A stretch of DNA of 64,000 nucleotides from contig OZ024742.1 of assembly GCA_964016885.1 (NCBI GenBank), positions 212,040,001-212,104,000 on the forward strand. The letters run 5' to 3'. Below are positions 12,781 through 26,500 of the stretch, one piece after another (within the stretch, counting starts at the first letter, position 1; the number at the start of each line of letters is the position of its first letter). The DNA is from Eledone cirrhosa. Its lineage: Eukaryota. Both the position numbers and the translations under genes were made by a program. The notes below the pieces were generated by a model. That model had not been told where the DNA came from. It was given only the letters and a program-made list of their open reading frames with translations, and made no database searches.

Positions 12781-13716
12781 ATCATCATCATCGTCGTTTA
12801 ACGTCCATCTTCCATGCTAGCATGGGTTAGACGGGATTGTCCCACTTGAGGCAAAATTGGTCGAGTGACCGTGTCTCGCTTGTATAGGACTGTCTGGCAG
12901 GTTTTCTACGGCTGAATGCCCTTCCTAACACCAACCACATTTACAGTGTGGACTGAGAGCCTTTTTACCATGTCTCCTAACACGACGACTTTACAGCACG
13001 GACTGGGTGCCTTTTGTCTTGACACCTACACGACCACTTTACAGTGTGGATTGGATGTTCTGTGGTACCAACATAACTTTACAGAGAAAGGGTGGTGTGG
13101 GTGGGAGTGGGAGGATAGAGTAGGGGTAGTGAGTTGGGGTATATATTTGGTTAAGAGGTGCCTACTGACTGTAGATTTAACTTCATATGTAAGGGAAGGT
13201 GGGTTTTCTGTATTACTGCATAGTACCAAAAGTCTTGATCCAGTGACATTGTCTTAGAGAGGTGTAAATGTGCAAGGTCTGTTTTTATCATGTCGTCCCA
13301 GGTCCGTAACTTCCATCAATTTTGATCGCCCTGCACTTTTTTATACAGCTGATGTCTTTCATGAGCATCACATGACCATTCCAACGTAATCTCCTCTCAA
13401 GTAAACTGCATCTGATCCCTCTTATTCCTAATTTCTTACTTAGTTTGTTTATGTTTTGTCGTTCGTGCATATTACTACTACACATCCAACAGAGCTAGCA
13501 TTCTTCGTTTCCTTCCAATCTGCGCAGGTCCTCTGCACACAATGCCCAGGTCTCACTGCCATGTAACATCATACAATCTGCCTTTCATTTTTAGAGAGAA
13601 ACCTTTTGTGGCCAACAGAGGTATTAGTTCTCTCAACTTTTTTCATCCTGTTCTAACTCTGGCTACTGTACTTTCAGAGCACCCTCCTCCACTGCTGATT
13701 TTGTCACCCAGGTAAC
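12781..13716 (-). mobile_element. RTE LINE 3' fragment, decayed
   Basis: LGIRGIRCSLLERRLRW peptide, 3' UTR and (GAT)n tail homologous to the intact copy. Confidence 0.9.
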
Positions 13717-13832
13717 ATTGCAATTGAATTTGTTATCATATATATATATATATATAATTGGTGTTGGATGCTTAAAGTGTCCGTATGCGGTAGGCCGTAT
13801 GAGCACTCAATGCCCTCGTAGAGCAGAGTATG

Positions 13833-14172
13833 ATATCACAGAAAAAAAAGAATCAGTGTTGCGATGAAAGGAATTTATTGGCCATATTACAAATGTTTCT
13901 CGGGCGACCAGCTCGAGGCACGATCGATCTGGTCGTTAGATACGGCTCGATTCTACGAAGCAGATTTTCCTATAGTCCTTTAACATCGAAATTCGATGTT
14001 AAAGGACTATAGGAAAATCTGCTTCGTAGTATCGAGACGTATCTGACGACCATGTTGATTTCAGAGTCAGGTGTGATCACCATATCATTCGTGCCTCGAG
14101 CTGGTCGCCCGAGAAGCATTTGTAATATGTCCAATAAATTCCTTTCGTCGCAACACTGATTCTCTTTTTTCT

Positions 14173-14179
<7 letters not shown>
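13833..14179. mobile_element. Near-perfect 347-bp palindromic (foldback) element
   Basis: ATATCACAGAAAAAA...TTTTTTCTGTGATAT, symmetric about CATCGAA-A-TTCGATG at about 13991. The right arm has an extra segment of about 30 bp. Confidence 0.85.
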
Positions 14180-14207
<28 letters not shown>

Positions 14208-16198
14208 TCAGCATTGCCATCACCATTTTGCGTTTGTTTTCGATGTTGGCATGGGTTGGACGAGCTGTCTAGGTCTGTGCCCGTCCTCCTAGTGTCAACC
14301 AATTTATGGAGTGTACTGGTTGCATTTTATCATGGCACCAGCACTACCACTTTACAAAATATACTGAGTGCATTTTCTCGTGGTACCAATACTAGAGAGG
14401 CTGTTGTATCATCAACAGGACAAAGAGAGAGTAATGAAAGTATAACAGATTGCTCATGCACCACTAATATCCTTTGTATGTGTAAATAGATGTATGTATA
14501 TATATGTATGTGTGTGTGTGTGTATATTTATATACACCCACATATATACATAAATAATCAAATAAATCCATTCCATAATATTATGCCAAACTGAAGGAAA
14601 TATTGAGTAAACAAAACAAATGAAACCATCTCACAAAAACCAAGAAAAAATAACCAACCATAACTGGAAAATAGGATACTAAATACTCAACTGAAATATC
14701 TACAACTTGATGATCAGAAAGATCACATTATCAACAATACGTCTAATAGTAATGATTTCATTATGCACAGGGTTGTTCTTGTTAGCTGTAACCAACGGAG
14801 TAGACATAGTATTATACTGGTATTAATTTATTAATCCTATAAAAGTGAAAGATAAAGTTGATCCAGGCAGAATACAAACAGAGAAAATGTGTGTCAATAC
14901 AGTGGACACATGTCAGCAATATAAATGACTATAATATTTTAACTAAGGCCAAGAAAATGTTTATATGGGGAAAGTTTATATGATTCAACTCCTGACAAGT
15001 ATATTTAATTCCAGAAGGATCAGAACTAGTTTCCAACCAAACTAGTCTTTCAAATCCATGAATTATTTTCACACATATATACACACATAAAAAAAAAAAA
15101 AGGTATATTGAGGTCTTGGCAGCTGTGAGTGAACTAAGCTTTGCTGAGGAGATCTAGCAAGGTCGAAACATGCCACCATAGTTACCAAAAATCTAACTCA
15201 CCTCCTGCATATCTTTCAATTTTGGTCAACTGAAATTTCAACTACCGTTTTTTTTGAGAATAATTTTCATTAGCACTAATGAATTTTCTTAAGTCAGTTA
15301 TAATATGAACTAAATTATTTAAGGATTACCACCTTAAGTATGCAGAATGCACCCATGCAAAATTTTCAATTTTCATTAGTTACTACAAAGTGTTACATCC
15401 ACCAGCTTTTTACTGTATGTGGCATCACTCCCAATAGTAAATCAAACTCTCGCTACACACTTCTTCCCTTAAGCACTCCATTAAGCTTTATTTGTAGTTC
15501 CTTAGGGGTGACCATCTATCCCATATGTTACTAAAATATACTAAACTCAAACATTTCAAATTTTTACAACACTAACATTCTAATTCAAGAAGGCTTTTGC
15601 TTTCTATGTGGTGCTTCATGTGGAATTTCAATATGTGTTTCTTTGAGGCTACAAGGAAAAGCAGACAGTTTTATAGAGCAGTGATCCTCAGAACTGGAAA
15701 TAAAGTTTGATGTAATATTTAGGGAAGAGTATATACTGTGTAGCAAGCAGCAGAGAGGCAAGTTTAAGAGATATGTTTAGATGGAAATGCAGTATAGTTA
15801 GCATGTCCTAAAGAGCAGATTCTATAACAGAAATGGTAAAAGAAGAATGTTGGCCATTTTAGCTTCAAATTATAAAGCTGTTTTGAGATAGAATTATAAC
15901 AATAAAGAAAGCTAGCACTAGAATCATCATCATCATCTAATCAAAGATACTTTCAATATAAAATAAAATGCTGAATGGCTTATTATTTTGATTTTAGAAT
16001 TTAATGTAGTTATGTTAAAAAAAAATTTATAAAATATATTTAAAAGGGTAAATAAAAAAATTGAGAAATTCAGATAAAAAGAAGAAAAGGGTGTACGTTA
16101 AAAATTACTTCTTTAAATTTTATTTACAGATTTGAAATGTATTTCATAAATAATCTCTTGTTTATATTAAGTTTATCTTTTTATGAACTAAAAATAAT

Positions 16199-16387
16199 TG
16201 TTTCTACTTTTTGGCACAAGGCCAGCAAATTCCCCAGTGCATTACTGGTACTTTATTTTATTGACCCCGTAAGGATGAAAGGCAAAGTTAACCTCAGCGG
16301 GATTTGGACTCAGAATAGCAAGGGCTGTAACTCTATGTGTCAAAGCACGGCGTCCGACCCTCTACCGATACTGCCAATTCACCGCCC
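16199..16387 (-). mobile_element. Complete tRNA-derived SINE (Meta/Sauria-like domain) with 17-bp TSD
   Basis: TATGAACTAAAAATAAT duplicated at 16182-16198 and 16388-16404; A-box-like TGGCAGTATCGG head. Confidence 0.85.
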
Positions 16388-16672
16388 TATGAACTAAAAA
16401 TAATGCGGCTCCATTCTATTCTCTTTTTAATTACAAGCATAAGATATTCCTAATGCTGAGAAAAATAGACAAATAACTTTGAATGAGTTTATTGATGCAA
16501 AAGTTGCATGCAAGTTTGTAACAAAACTATCTTTCAAATACAACATATAAACATAAGATGATTATTAACTGCTATCGTATCTCAAAATTTTGTTATATTT
16601 AAGATTCAGGACAGTTAGTTTTCAACAACAGTTTTCTTGGAGTGAGAAGAAATTAGGCAAAATTTAACGAAC

Positions 16673-16767
16673 CTTTCCTGATGATATGGTGCATTGATTG
16701 GACCAGGAGATCTTGGAATACCATTTTTCCGATTTTCTAATTTATCAATTGAAGCTTGAGCAAGTTC
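16673..16767 (-). CDS. RAPGEF1: RAPGEF1/C3G-like exon, ELAQASIDKLENRKNGIPRSPGPINAPYHQE (absent from the ORF track)
   Basis: Acceptor ttttttatcttag and donor AG|gttcgt; 95 nt, phase 0 to 2, exactly bridging the flanking exons. Resembles C3G ELVRLTIEK...SP. Confidence 0.8.
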
Positions 16768-17864
16768 CTAAGATAAAAAAATTATATTGTAATAAAAGGA
16801 ACAATGATTTAAAATTTAAGAAAAACAGTTTTGTATGCACATAAAATTCAATTTTTTTAAATCAACAAAAGATTTCTGTATACCAAACTATTAAGCTGGA
16901 CAAACCCATACATAATACATTAGGGAAATGCAGAGTATTTTTATAATCTTTATTTCTGTTCTTTTCTTTTCTTTTCATTAACATTTTAACCCATTCATTT
17001 TAACCTACATTCTAATATAAAAAAAAAGAAATGACTGTAATATAAGTGCTTCTGTTATTTATCCACTATGTATTAAAAACGTACTGTTAGAAATTCTATG
17101 AAAGATTTTGCTGTGTCAACAGCAAACTTGAATGGGATTGTATATTTATAGATTTCTTCTTTCAATACATCTGGGAAATTCATGTGAAGCATTTATAATA
17201 TTTTGTTTCAGTTTCAAGTTAAAGTTGAAATCATAGCTGTATAAGTCCACCAGTTGATATTCATAATAAACTTTCACAGATCATAACATAAACAATGAAG
17301 GAATATCACCATTTTATGTTTTCCATGCTGGTATGGGTGGACAGGTTGTTACGATCCAAGTCACTTCTTATTTTAAGATACTGTCCTCCTAGACAATTAT
17401 CATTCATACATTTTATTTTTGGCATGATTTCTGACTGAATACCCTTCCTAACACTAACTACAGGGTATACCAAGTTCATATTGTAGCCCAGCACTAGAGA
17501 GTTATGTTCTAAATGTGACTAGGAGTCCTCTTTACCCTACCCTATCGCTGTTGATCAATAACCACTTTACAGACTATACTATGTGCATTTTATTGTGGCA
17601 CCAACACTAGAATACATCAAATACTTAATTTTAGTGAAAGCTCACTGAATGTTTAGTGTTCTTGCAGTTTCATTCAAGATATATCATAAAAGAAAAAAAA
17701 TTATATAGTAGGATACATAAAAAAACAGATACATGAGAGAAATCGAAAAGACTAGGGCTTAATCAACCTCAGTTCAGACACCCAGATGAACATGTGTGTT
17801 GTATGACCCCCAAATACTCAATCACTGTAGGATACAATGTTGATGACATCACAAATATGTGCAC

Positions 17865-20185
17865 TAGGCATATTCCTAAAATACACTTTTGTTAAAAAAA
17901 TAAATGAGCATGCCATTTTCAGATGAAAATAATTGTGAGCATGTTAAAAAATATTAGAATTTTAAAGAACTCTTGCACAAGGTAGATTCTTTAACATTGA
18001 TTAACTAATATAGAATTGCATATACAATATACGTGTGTATGTAATAAAAATATAGTGTGCAATTTAACAGTTTATAAAATATAGTATTCTTCTTCAAATT
18101 GTTTAATGGATCAACTTTATTGCTTGTTCATCACTTATTTGTCAGTTTAATCTGTTCATAAAATTTATAAAATATATAAATAGAATAAATTAAAATTTGC
18201 GAGGTATATTTATTAATATTATAAATTTCAGATGTATAAAAATCCAGTTGCTAAAGAGGAAAGTAAAAAGATTTGGGCACAAAATATGTCATTTTGAGAA
18301 GAGAAAGAAATCTAGGAAAACGAAAATTCAAAGTTCATTAATCAAATTATGCAAGCTAGCTACTGAGCAACAGATCATTGATAGATATATCACTCTTGCT
18401 GCTAAAGAGAAAAATACCAGAAAAAGAATTAAGATAATTACTGGAGAATGTGAAAGTTTATGGGAAAAGTTCAGCTTTCCAACTATCAACAAACTTTCAA
18501 AACCTCGAAAAATTGAAAAAATAATTTTAAAAAAAAGAAAAAGAAGTGAAAGGACCTGGCTCTGCAAATTTCAATAATCTGTTTGACATTACAAAAAGAT
18601 ATGGGATATGGTTAGCAGCCGAAGATTTGTCATTTTTTATGAAAAGCAAGTTGAGAGTTGTGGAAAGGTTGGGTATACTACAATGAAAATAGACAGTGAA
18701 AAGAAAATCCATCCTTCTAAGAGAATTAAAAACAAAAAACAAGAACTAGATCATGATAAGCCATCCTGCTCATACATTCATCTGGATTCAAATGAAAGTT
18801 ACAGTTACACTGATACAAATACCAGCGATTACAAACCTTCACCTTCACAAAAAAAAAAAACGAAAAAGAGAAAACGCAGCTCATGCTGTTAACCGAGTAA
18901 GAAATACTAAATTACCTATTAGAAAAGCAGCAGCAGTTTGCAACGAATTTAAAAGTGGTGGTATTAAGGTGAGCACCCCGAGTCAGTCGGCAGTGCACAA
19001 AGCAGTTATCAGAGGTGAGAAACTCATGGAAAAGTGGAAAAATGAACTCAAAAGGGAAAAATGGAGCCTTCATTTTGATGGAAAACGAGGTTGTAGTGAT
19101 AAAAAATGATGAGAAAGAAATACGCCTGGGGCCGATGGCATTAACCGATGGAAAGGCTCTTACTATATTTAATGGATTGAAAGAAGTTATTGACAAATAT
19201 GAACTGTGGGAATCTATCGTGATGATAGTCTCCGACACAACTAGTGTCAATACCGGCAAAAAGGCAGGAGCTGTTGCCATGCTCAACAGTGAGTTCGCGC
19301 GTCGCGGTTACAGCAAGCTGTTATATGTTGGATGCCAGCACCACATTTTAGACCGTGCATTGAAAGTTTATTTTGATCAACTATATAGTAGCAAAACAAC
19401 TTCGCCATATATCAATTATTACTTTGTTGAGGCCATTTTAAAGAACTATGACGAACTGAAGCAGAACTTTTCAAATGGAACGACGGAAATTAATGAAACC
19501 CCGCCACGCTGGAGAAGTGACATGGATTGCCTTCAGCATCTCATGATAGCCGTGCAACATTTCTTTGAAAACGGTGCGTTTCCTAAAATAAATTTTAAGA
19601 AATTACCTAATTTGCACAATTCTCGTTGAAATAGCCGAGCAATTTATATTTGTTGCTTGGGTTTATTTTGATGCCTGGTGAATGAGCGAAGCTGCGCGCT
19701 GGTGCCGAATACATCTGCGGAATGTGGGGAAAAATGTGGTTCTCAAGTCAACTGCATAGAGCTGACAGCAAGCAGAAACTCATTGACCAACTAATTAAGG
19801 CCAAGTGTGAAAAGGCTGCAAACACTGTCAGAAAATTTTGGTCTAATGAAGAATCTCCAATTGTGACGCAATGCTCGAACATTTGCACTGAGCGAGCTGT
19901 AAAAGTTGTGCAGGACCTTTTGCCATTTTGTAAAAGTAGTAGCACCTTAGAGATAAAATTTTGTTTAACTAATAATTAAAATAAATTTTTTATTGTCATA
20001 ATTTATTGTTTTAGGTATTTATTTTATGGGACTGGCTAATTACCAAAAAATTAAAAATATAATTTAGCATGTGCAAGAATTTTTTTCAAAATTTACAAAA
20101 AAACTACTCTAATTCTTTCTTTATGACAAAAACATCATTAGAAAATAGCATGCTTATAAGGGTTTGTAAAAAAGTCATATGCCTA
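17865..20185 (+). mobile_element. hAT-superfamily (hATm-like) DNA transposon with disrupted transposase
   Basis: TIR TAGGCATAT...ATATGCCTA and 8-bp TSD ATGTGCAC (17857-17864, 20186-20193). Peptides WSLHFDGK, SDTTSVNTG, GCQHHILD and CTERAVK are split over several frames. Confidence 0.85.
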
Positions 20186-20544
20186 ATGTGCACTCCTAAT
20201 TGCATGAAGAACTGTCGGAAAATCTGTCAAATTACAGATGATACAGTTTAGAAATTATTGTTAATGAAAATCTTCATAAACAGCATGTGACATAATTGAT
20301 GAAAAGATAATCATGGAATTGACTGTGTGTAGAATAAAAATGTTCAATTTGGGAGAAGAATTTTTCTACATCTAGTTTTACATGCTAGCATTGTTAAAAT
20401 TGTTTTCATTGAACCATATATCTTTACAGCTGGGTGCTCTTCGTAGAGTAGAAATAGAACTTGCTTTTGTCAGCCAGGGAAACTGAAACAATTAAAGTTA
20501 TGTCTCTTGCTCAAAGGCATAACATCATTCCTGTATTATTAAGA

Positions 20545-21404
20545 CTAGCAGAAAAACCACCCTTCGGGTGGTTTTCTGCTAGCATGTGTAGTGTGTATAT
20601 TGATATTATACACAAGTATATATACATGTAGATATGATACATCAAATAAAATCGTAATTGACAATATAAACAGAAATTGAACGAAGACGTTGTTACACTG
20701 TCTTATGTAATCAGTAACGCAATCCATGATACATTAAAAAAAGATGATATTATATGTAAACTGCATTAGGAGAAAATTAGTATGTTTATTTAAGTGATCG
20801 CCACCAGTAGTGTTGACATCACACACTCTCTCTTTCTATATATATGGTAGTTAAAGTGGTGGTAACGATATACCGGAAGTGCAACTTTGAAAAGAAGTCA
20901 ATTTTAAATTATTTATTTTTACGAAATTATTTTTGTTTCCAAAATTTAGTAGATAAATTATGTAATATTCATTCATTATTTATTCAAAGTAATCCAACTT
21001 ATTTTACTAAGGGGATAAAAAAAATAAACCAAACGCAGTCCCGCAGACCTTCATTTATTATAGTTGAGATATTTTTATGAAATTATTTTTGTTTACGAAA
21101 TTTAGTAGATAAATTATGTAATATTCATTCTTGGCAGTATCGGTAGAGGGTCGGACGCCATGTTCTGCAGCAAAGAGTTACGGCCCTTTATGGTCTGAGT
21201 TCAAGTCCTGCCGAGGTTGACTTTGCCTTTCATCCTTAAGGGGTCGATAAAATAAAGTACCAGTAATACACTGGGATAATTGCTGGCCTTGTGCCAAATA
21301 TAGAAACAATTATTTATTCAAAGTAATCCAACTTATTTTACTAACGGGATAAAAAAAAAAAAAACGTACGCAGTCCCGCAGACCTTCCTTTATTATAGTT
21401 TAGA
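20545..21404 (-). mobile_element. Non-autonomous Helitron with duplicated 5' end and nested SINE
   Basis: Minus strand starts A|TC at 21404 and ends CTAG|T at 20545, with terminal hairpin GCAGAAAA(A)CCACCC-TTC-GGGTGGTTTTCTGC. The 5' segment of about 155 bp occurs twice. Confidence 0.7.
21133..21315 (+). mobile_element. tRNA-derived SINE (Meta/Sauria-like domain)
   Basis: TGGCAGTATCGG A-box, GAGTTCAAGTCC B-box and GCCTTTCATCC...GGGGTCGATAAAATAAAGTACCAG domain. Confidence 0.85.
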
Positions 21405-21626
21405 TTTGAATCTATGATCATGTAATCTAGTACCTTAACCATACAGCAGTTATACAACAATCTTTGTTATTGAATATATATTTGTAATAGTTTTCTGCTA
21501 ATTTCTGTTACTTTCTCCAGTTTTTCAGAAACATTCAAATTCTATTTTTAGGAATATTTTGTTGCTTTCAAGCCAACAGACAAAAGGATTGTATATGAAA
21601 ACGACATTCTTAAGCCTTAAAAATGT

Positions 21627-21830
21627 TTGTTCCTACTTTTGGCACAAGGCCAGCAATTTGAAGGGAAGGGAGAAAGTCAAGTAAATTGACCCCAGTGCAT
21701 TACTGGTACATTATTTTATCGACTCGACTCCATAAGGAAGAAAGGCAAAGCTGACCTCTCGTCCTTACAGGGTTGATAAAATTAAGTACCAGTAATGCAC
21801 TCGGTGGATTTTGTCGACTTTCTCTTTCTC
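21627..21830. mobile_element. Two SINE fragments joined in inverted orientation
   Basis: GTGCATTACTGGTAC...TTTTATC followed by GATAAAA...GTACCAGTAATGCAC. Confidence 0.7.
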
Positions 21831-22047
21831 TCAAAAATATTGAACACAGAAAATTGTCAAAGTTTTGAAAACCTACTATTCTTTATAGGGACACCAATAA
21901 TTTCATCATCACTATTGTGAATGTTAAACTTCCACTATCTGTATATAGTACATAAGTTGACTCGGTTCAGGATACAAAATATTAATTTAACATCCTAATG
22001 CAAACTAAACAAAATATACATTTTTCAAAAGGAATAATATAACTTAC

Positions 22048-22195
22048 TTTCATTCCATCTGCCAGTGCCTTGATAACTTCATGAGCATTATCTTTGTTGA
22101 GTTGGTCATTACCATACAGCAGAATCTTGTCAGCCCAACGAATCAAGTGTGCTAAACATTGGCACACTTGATTGTGACGGGATAGCATCATACTA
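22048..22195 (-). CDS. RAPGEF1: RAPGEF1/C3G-like exon, SMMLSRHNQVCQCLAHLIRWADKILLYG...VIKALADGMK
   Basis: Acceptor tgtcttgcag and donor AAA|gtaagt; 148 nt, phase 2 to 0, in frame with the previous exon. Resembles C3G SLANLIRWSDQVML...VIKAVLDGVK. Confidence 0.88.
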
Positions 22196-23582
22196 CTGCA
22201 AGACATAACATAATACACTCTATAGAAGAGGAGTAATAAGAGTTTAACAACATTATTATAACACTGTATACATAAATCCCAATGACCAAATAGAATTATG
22301 AAAATATCTGTAAAAAGCAACTAAAGTTAGAATAGAAATATAATAGTCCCAGCATCAATTAACAATGAACAGGGCAAAAATAAATAAATACAAATAATAG
22401 ACAGGCTTTTACTCAAAGATAGCCTTTATCTCTTAATATCCTGTAATGATTGAGCAAAAAATATCTAACAAGTTTGTTAATTCAAATGTTTGCAATATAG
22501 ACAGATCATTGTAAAAATTGGCCATAAATTGAAGTAAAGTCTAATTTTTAATGTGATGTAATCATCGAGCTGCTTTCTACTTTTAACAAATGTTCTGCTA
22601 ATGTGATTTGATATGGAATAGGAGTTAAATTTTCTGGTCATATTACAGCTACATTTCTCTCACCAATCTCTAGGGTTCTATTCATTTACATTATTTTTTT
22701 TATCAACTCTCTAACTTTTTCTAGTCACCACATACTTATCAGTAGACATTTATTTATTCTTGTAAACCAGCTTTACTTGGGTATTTACGATAAACATTTC
22801 ATGAAAATTTTAGTCTACAGATATTTGAAGTAAATATCAACAATAAACTAATGTAAAGCTCTCCTCATTGGTCACTCTTCAAATTCAGAACTCTACAAAT
22901 AGATTCATTATGGCAACACCACCCCCACCACACAAATAAAGGAGGGAAAAAAAAAAAAAGATTTAAGCAATGATTTTTAGAGAGACTACTGTAGAATTTT
23001 ACCAATCAAAATGTGTAAATAAGAACAATTAAAATAACACAATATTATAGTTTAATCTGTTCAACATACTTTCCAATGCAAATACATGTTAGAAATGTCT
23101 GCAATATATCATTCTGTCAATCTCATCTGAGAGCTTCAGACTTCTAACCTCATCTGTAATCTACTTTTGACCTACCTACTTCTCATGTATCACTTCTACA
23201 ATCTCAGCAATTTTCCACTGAGAATGTAACATATTTATATAAGATGTACATTCAATGTAGTAGTCTCTTTTGTTGGTTGCTCCTTATCTTACTTTCACTT
23301 TCTAAATTCATATTGCATATCCAACAGACCATATTTCATTTACTTATTTCTTGTTGTAAATGTTTCAATACCATACATATAACATCATACATCTGGCATG
23401 TGCATTTACAAGAACTGCCTTTTTTTATCCAAGGGAAAAAAATCTTTTAAACAGCATTAGAAGGAACTGTTCTTATAGCTTGAACTATCTCATACACTAA
23501 ACACTAAGCAAGCTAATGGGGAGTTTTGAACTGCTAGCGATAGCAGCTTAATTCACACTACCATCTTTAAAAAGGATTGGAA

Positions 23583-26500
23583 CATCATCGTTTAACGTCT
23601 ATCTTCCATGCTAGCATGGGTTTAGACGGGAATTGTCCCACTTGAGGCAAGATTGGTTGTCTTGCTCGTGTAGGATTGTCTAGCAGGTTTTCTACAGTGT
23701 GGACTGGGAGGTTTTACCGTGTTACCTACACGGCCACATTACAGCGTGGACTGTGTGTTTTTTTTGCTGTGACACCTACACGACCTTATTTATTTAGGAC
23801 CGGATATTGTGGTACCAACATAACTTTACAGAGAAAGGGGTGGTGTTGATGGCGGTGGGGTGGGTGTAGGAGTGGTGGGATGGGGTGTATATTTGGTTAA
23901 GAGGTGCCTAATGACTGTCGGTTTCGCTTTGTACTTAGGCAAGGCGAGTCTTCTGTATTACTGCATAGCACCAAAGATTTCGGTCCAGTGACATTGTCTT
24001 AGAGAGATGTAAGTATGTAAGGTCGGAATTTATCAAACTGTCCCAGGTTTTTCTAGGTGTTCTAGTTTTCTCTCGAGTAAACAGCATCTGATCCCTCTTA
24101 TTCCTAATTTCTCACTTAGTTCATTTATGCTTTGCCGTTCACGTATATTACTATTACACATCCAACGGAGCATGCAAGCTTCGTTCCTCTCCAGTCTGCG
24201 TAAATCCTCTGCACACAAAGCCGATGTCTCACTGCCATGTAACATTGCTGTTCGTATGCAGGCATCATACAGCCTGCCTTTCATTTTTAGAGAGAAACCT
24301 TTAGCACCCAATAGTGGTATAAGCTCTCTTAACTTTTTCCATCCCGTTCTGGCTCTAGCTACTGTACTTTCAGAGCACCCTCCACCACTGCTGATTTTGT
24401 CACCCAGGTAACGGAACGTGTCCACTATTTCTATAGATCTATCTGGTCAATGGAATGAACTAGTATCCTGTGGGCACTTGCTACTACTTATTGCACCTGA
24501 GCACCGGCCACATATAAAATCTATGTTCTTAGTTAGCTTACCTGTGATCCCACTACATCTTTTATGTACCCAAACTTTGCATTTGGGACATAAAATGGAG
24601 TTTCTGCCTACTCCTTTCCTACACACTAAGCATGGCCATTTCCCAGAGGGGACCAGTGCCCTGTTTTCCTTCCTACATACTAGAACTTTAGTCTTAGACA
24701 AGTTAATTTTAAGGCCTTTTGATTCTAGGCCATGCTTCCATGTTTGGAATTTCTTCTCTAGTTCAGCCATTGATTCAGCTATGAGCGTTAGATCATTTCG
24801 TATAGGAGTTCCCATGGGCAGCCGGTCTTGAACTCCTCTGTTATAGCCTGAAGGGCAATAATAAATAGGAGTGAGCTAAGGACAGAGCCCTGATGAACGC
24901 CAACTTTTACGCTAAACTCTTCACTATATTCGTTGTTAATTCTAACCTTGCTGACTGTTTCTTTATACATGGCTTGTATAGCTCTCACAAGCCATTCATC
25001 AACACCTAGTTTTCTGAGAGCCCACCAGATGATGGGGCGAGGGACTCTGTCAAAGGCTTTTTCCAAGTCAACAGAAGCTAAGTATAGGGGTTTACTTTTA
25101 GCTAGGTACTTCTCCAGTAGTTGTTGTACAAGGAAAAGAGCGTCTGTGGTACTTTTACCTGACACAAACCCGAACTGCATTTCATCTAGATCAATTCGCT
25201 CTCTGATTAGTTGCGCTATTACTTTTTCTGTGACCTTCACGACCTGGTCAATTAATTTAATGCCTCTATAGTTTCCCCTATCTAGGGCATCTCCTTTACC
25301 CTTGTAGCAGTTAATGATGATGCTGCTACGCCAGTCCTTTGGTACAACCCTATTCTGTATGACTTGGTTTACTATCCGGGTGACCATAGTGTGTCCCACC
25401 GTTCCAGATGCTTTCAGCATTTCAGCAACTATTTCCGAAGGCACAGCCACCTTACCCGTCTTCATATCTTTGATTGCCTTACTTATTATACTACCTTCAA
25501 CTTGCACTGCTGGTCCCTCTATTGGATCAATGTGAGGGAGACTGTCTTTCCCCCATTTATTCTCCTCATTTCGTAGTGACACTTCCAAGCTACCTTCTTA
25601 TCAGCGCCAGTGATGGCAAGTACACCATCACCATTACGGACACACTTCTCCCTGACAATATCACGGTTTTCCTTGACACATTGCCTAGCAATCCTGAACA
25701 CCTCACGTTTTTGGTCCTCATGTTGTAGAACATGCTTGAACTTTCTTTCCTCTGCTTCCCTTCTTGCAAAGTACACTTGTCTCCTAGCTTCCCTCCTGGC
25801 CACTTGATAGTCTTCTCTACTTCCCCCATCCCGCCATACTTTCCAAGCCTGCTTTTTGGCCTTGATTGACTCCTCCACCTTACTGTTCCACCACCAAGTT
25901 ACTCTTCTCCTGCCTATAGGTCTGCTCCAGCCACAGATTTCATCTGTCGCCTTCAGCAGGTTAGCTTTCAGGAATTCCCACTGTTCCTCTATATTGTACG
26001 ACTAATTGCTCTTCTTTACTGTCAAAACCATCAAGTAATATGCTTTTAAATTTATTACTGGCTGTGGGGTCCTTTAACTTCCATATTTTTCTCCTGAGGA
26101 TAGTCCTCCTCTGTTGTTTAGTACGTCTCGCCCTGACTATGAGGCTATGTTGGGAGGTGCATTCTTCACGGAGGAGGGATTTAGTGTTTACAACAGACAC
26201 TCTGTCACGTCTTCTGGTAAGGATATAATCTATCTGACTGGCGTGTTCCCCTGATCTATAGGTGATCAAGTGATTGTCTCGTTTTTTGAAGTTTGTGTTA
26301 CAGATAGGTTATTTGCGCCACAGAATTCCAGGATTCTGGAGCCTTCCTCATTTCTAGTACCAAACCCATAGCCTCCATGAATTCCATCATAGCTATCACA
26401 ATGTTGTCCAACATGACCATTTAGATCGCCAGCAATAATTATGTAGTCACTGTCGGTTATTTGGGAGGTAGTGAGCATTAACGACTCATAAAATCTGTCT

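Noticed and set aside
16676-16730. CTGATGA...GGAGA hammerhead-like string
   Set aside because: It lacks GAAA and proper stems, and it is the antisense of a RAPGEF1-like coding exon.
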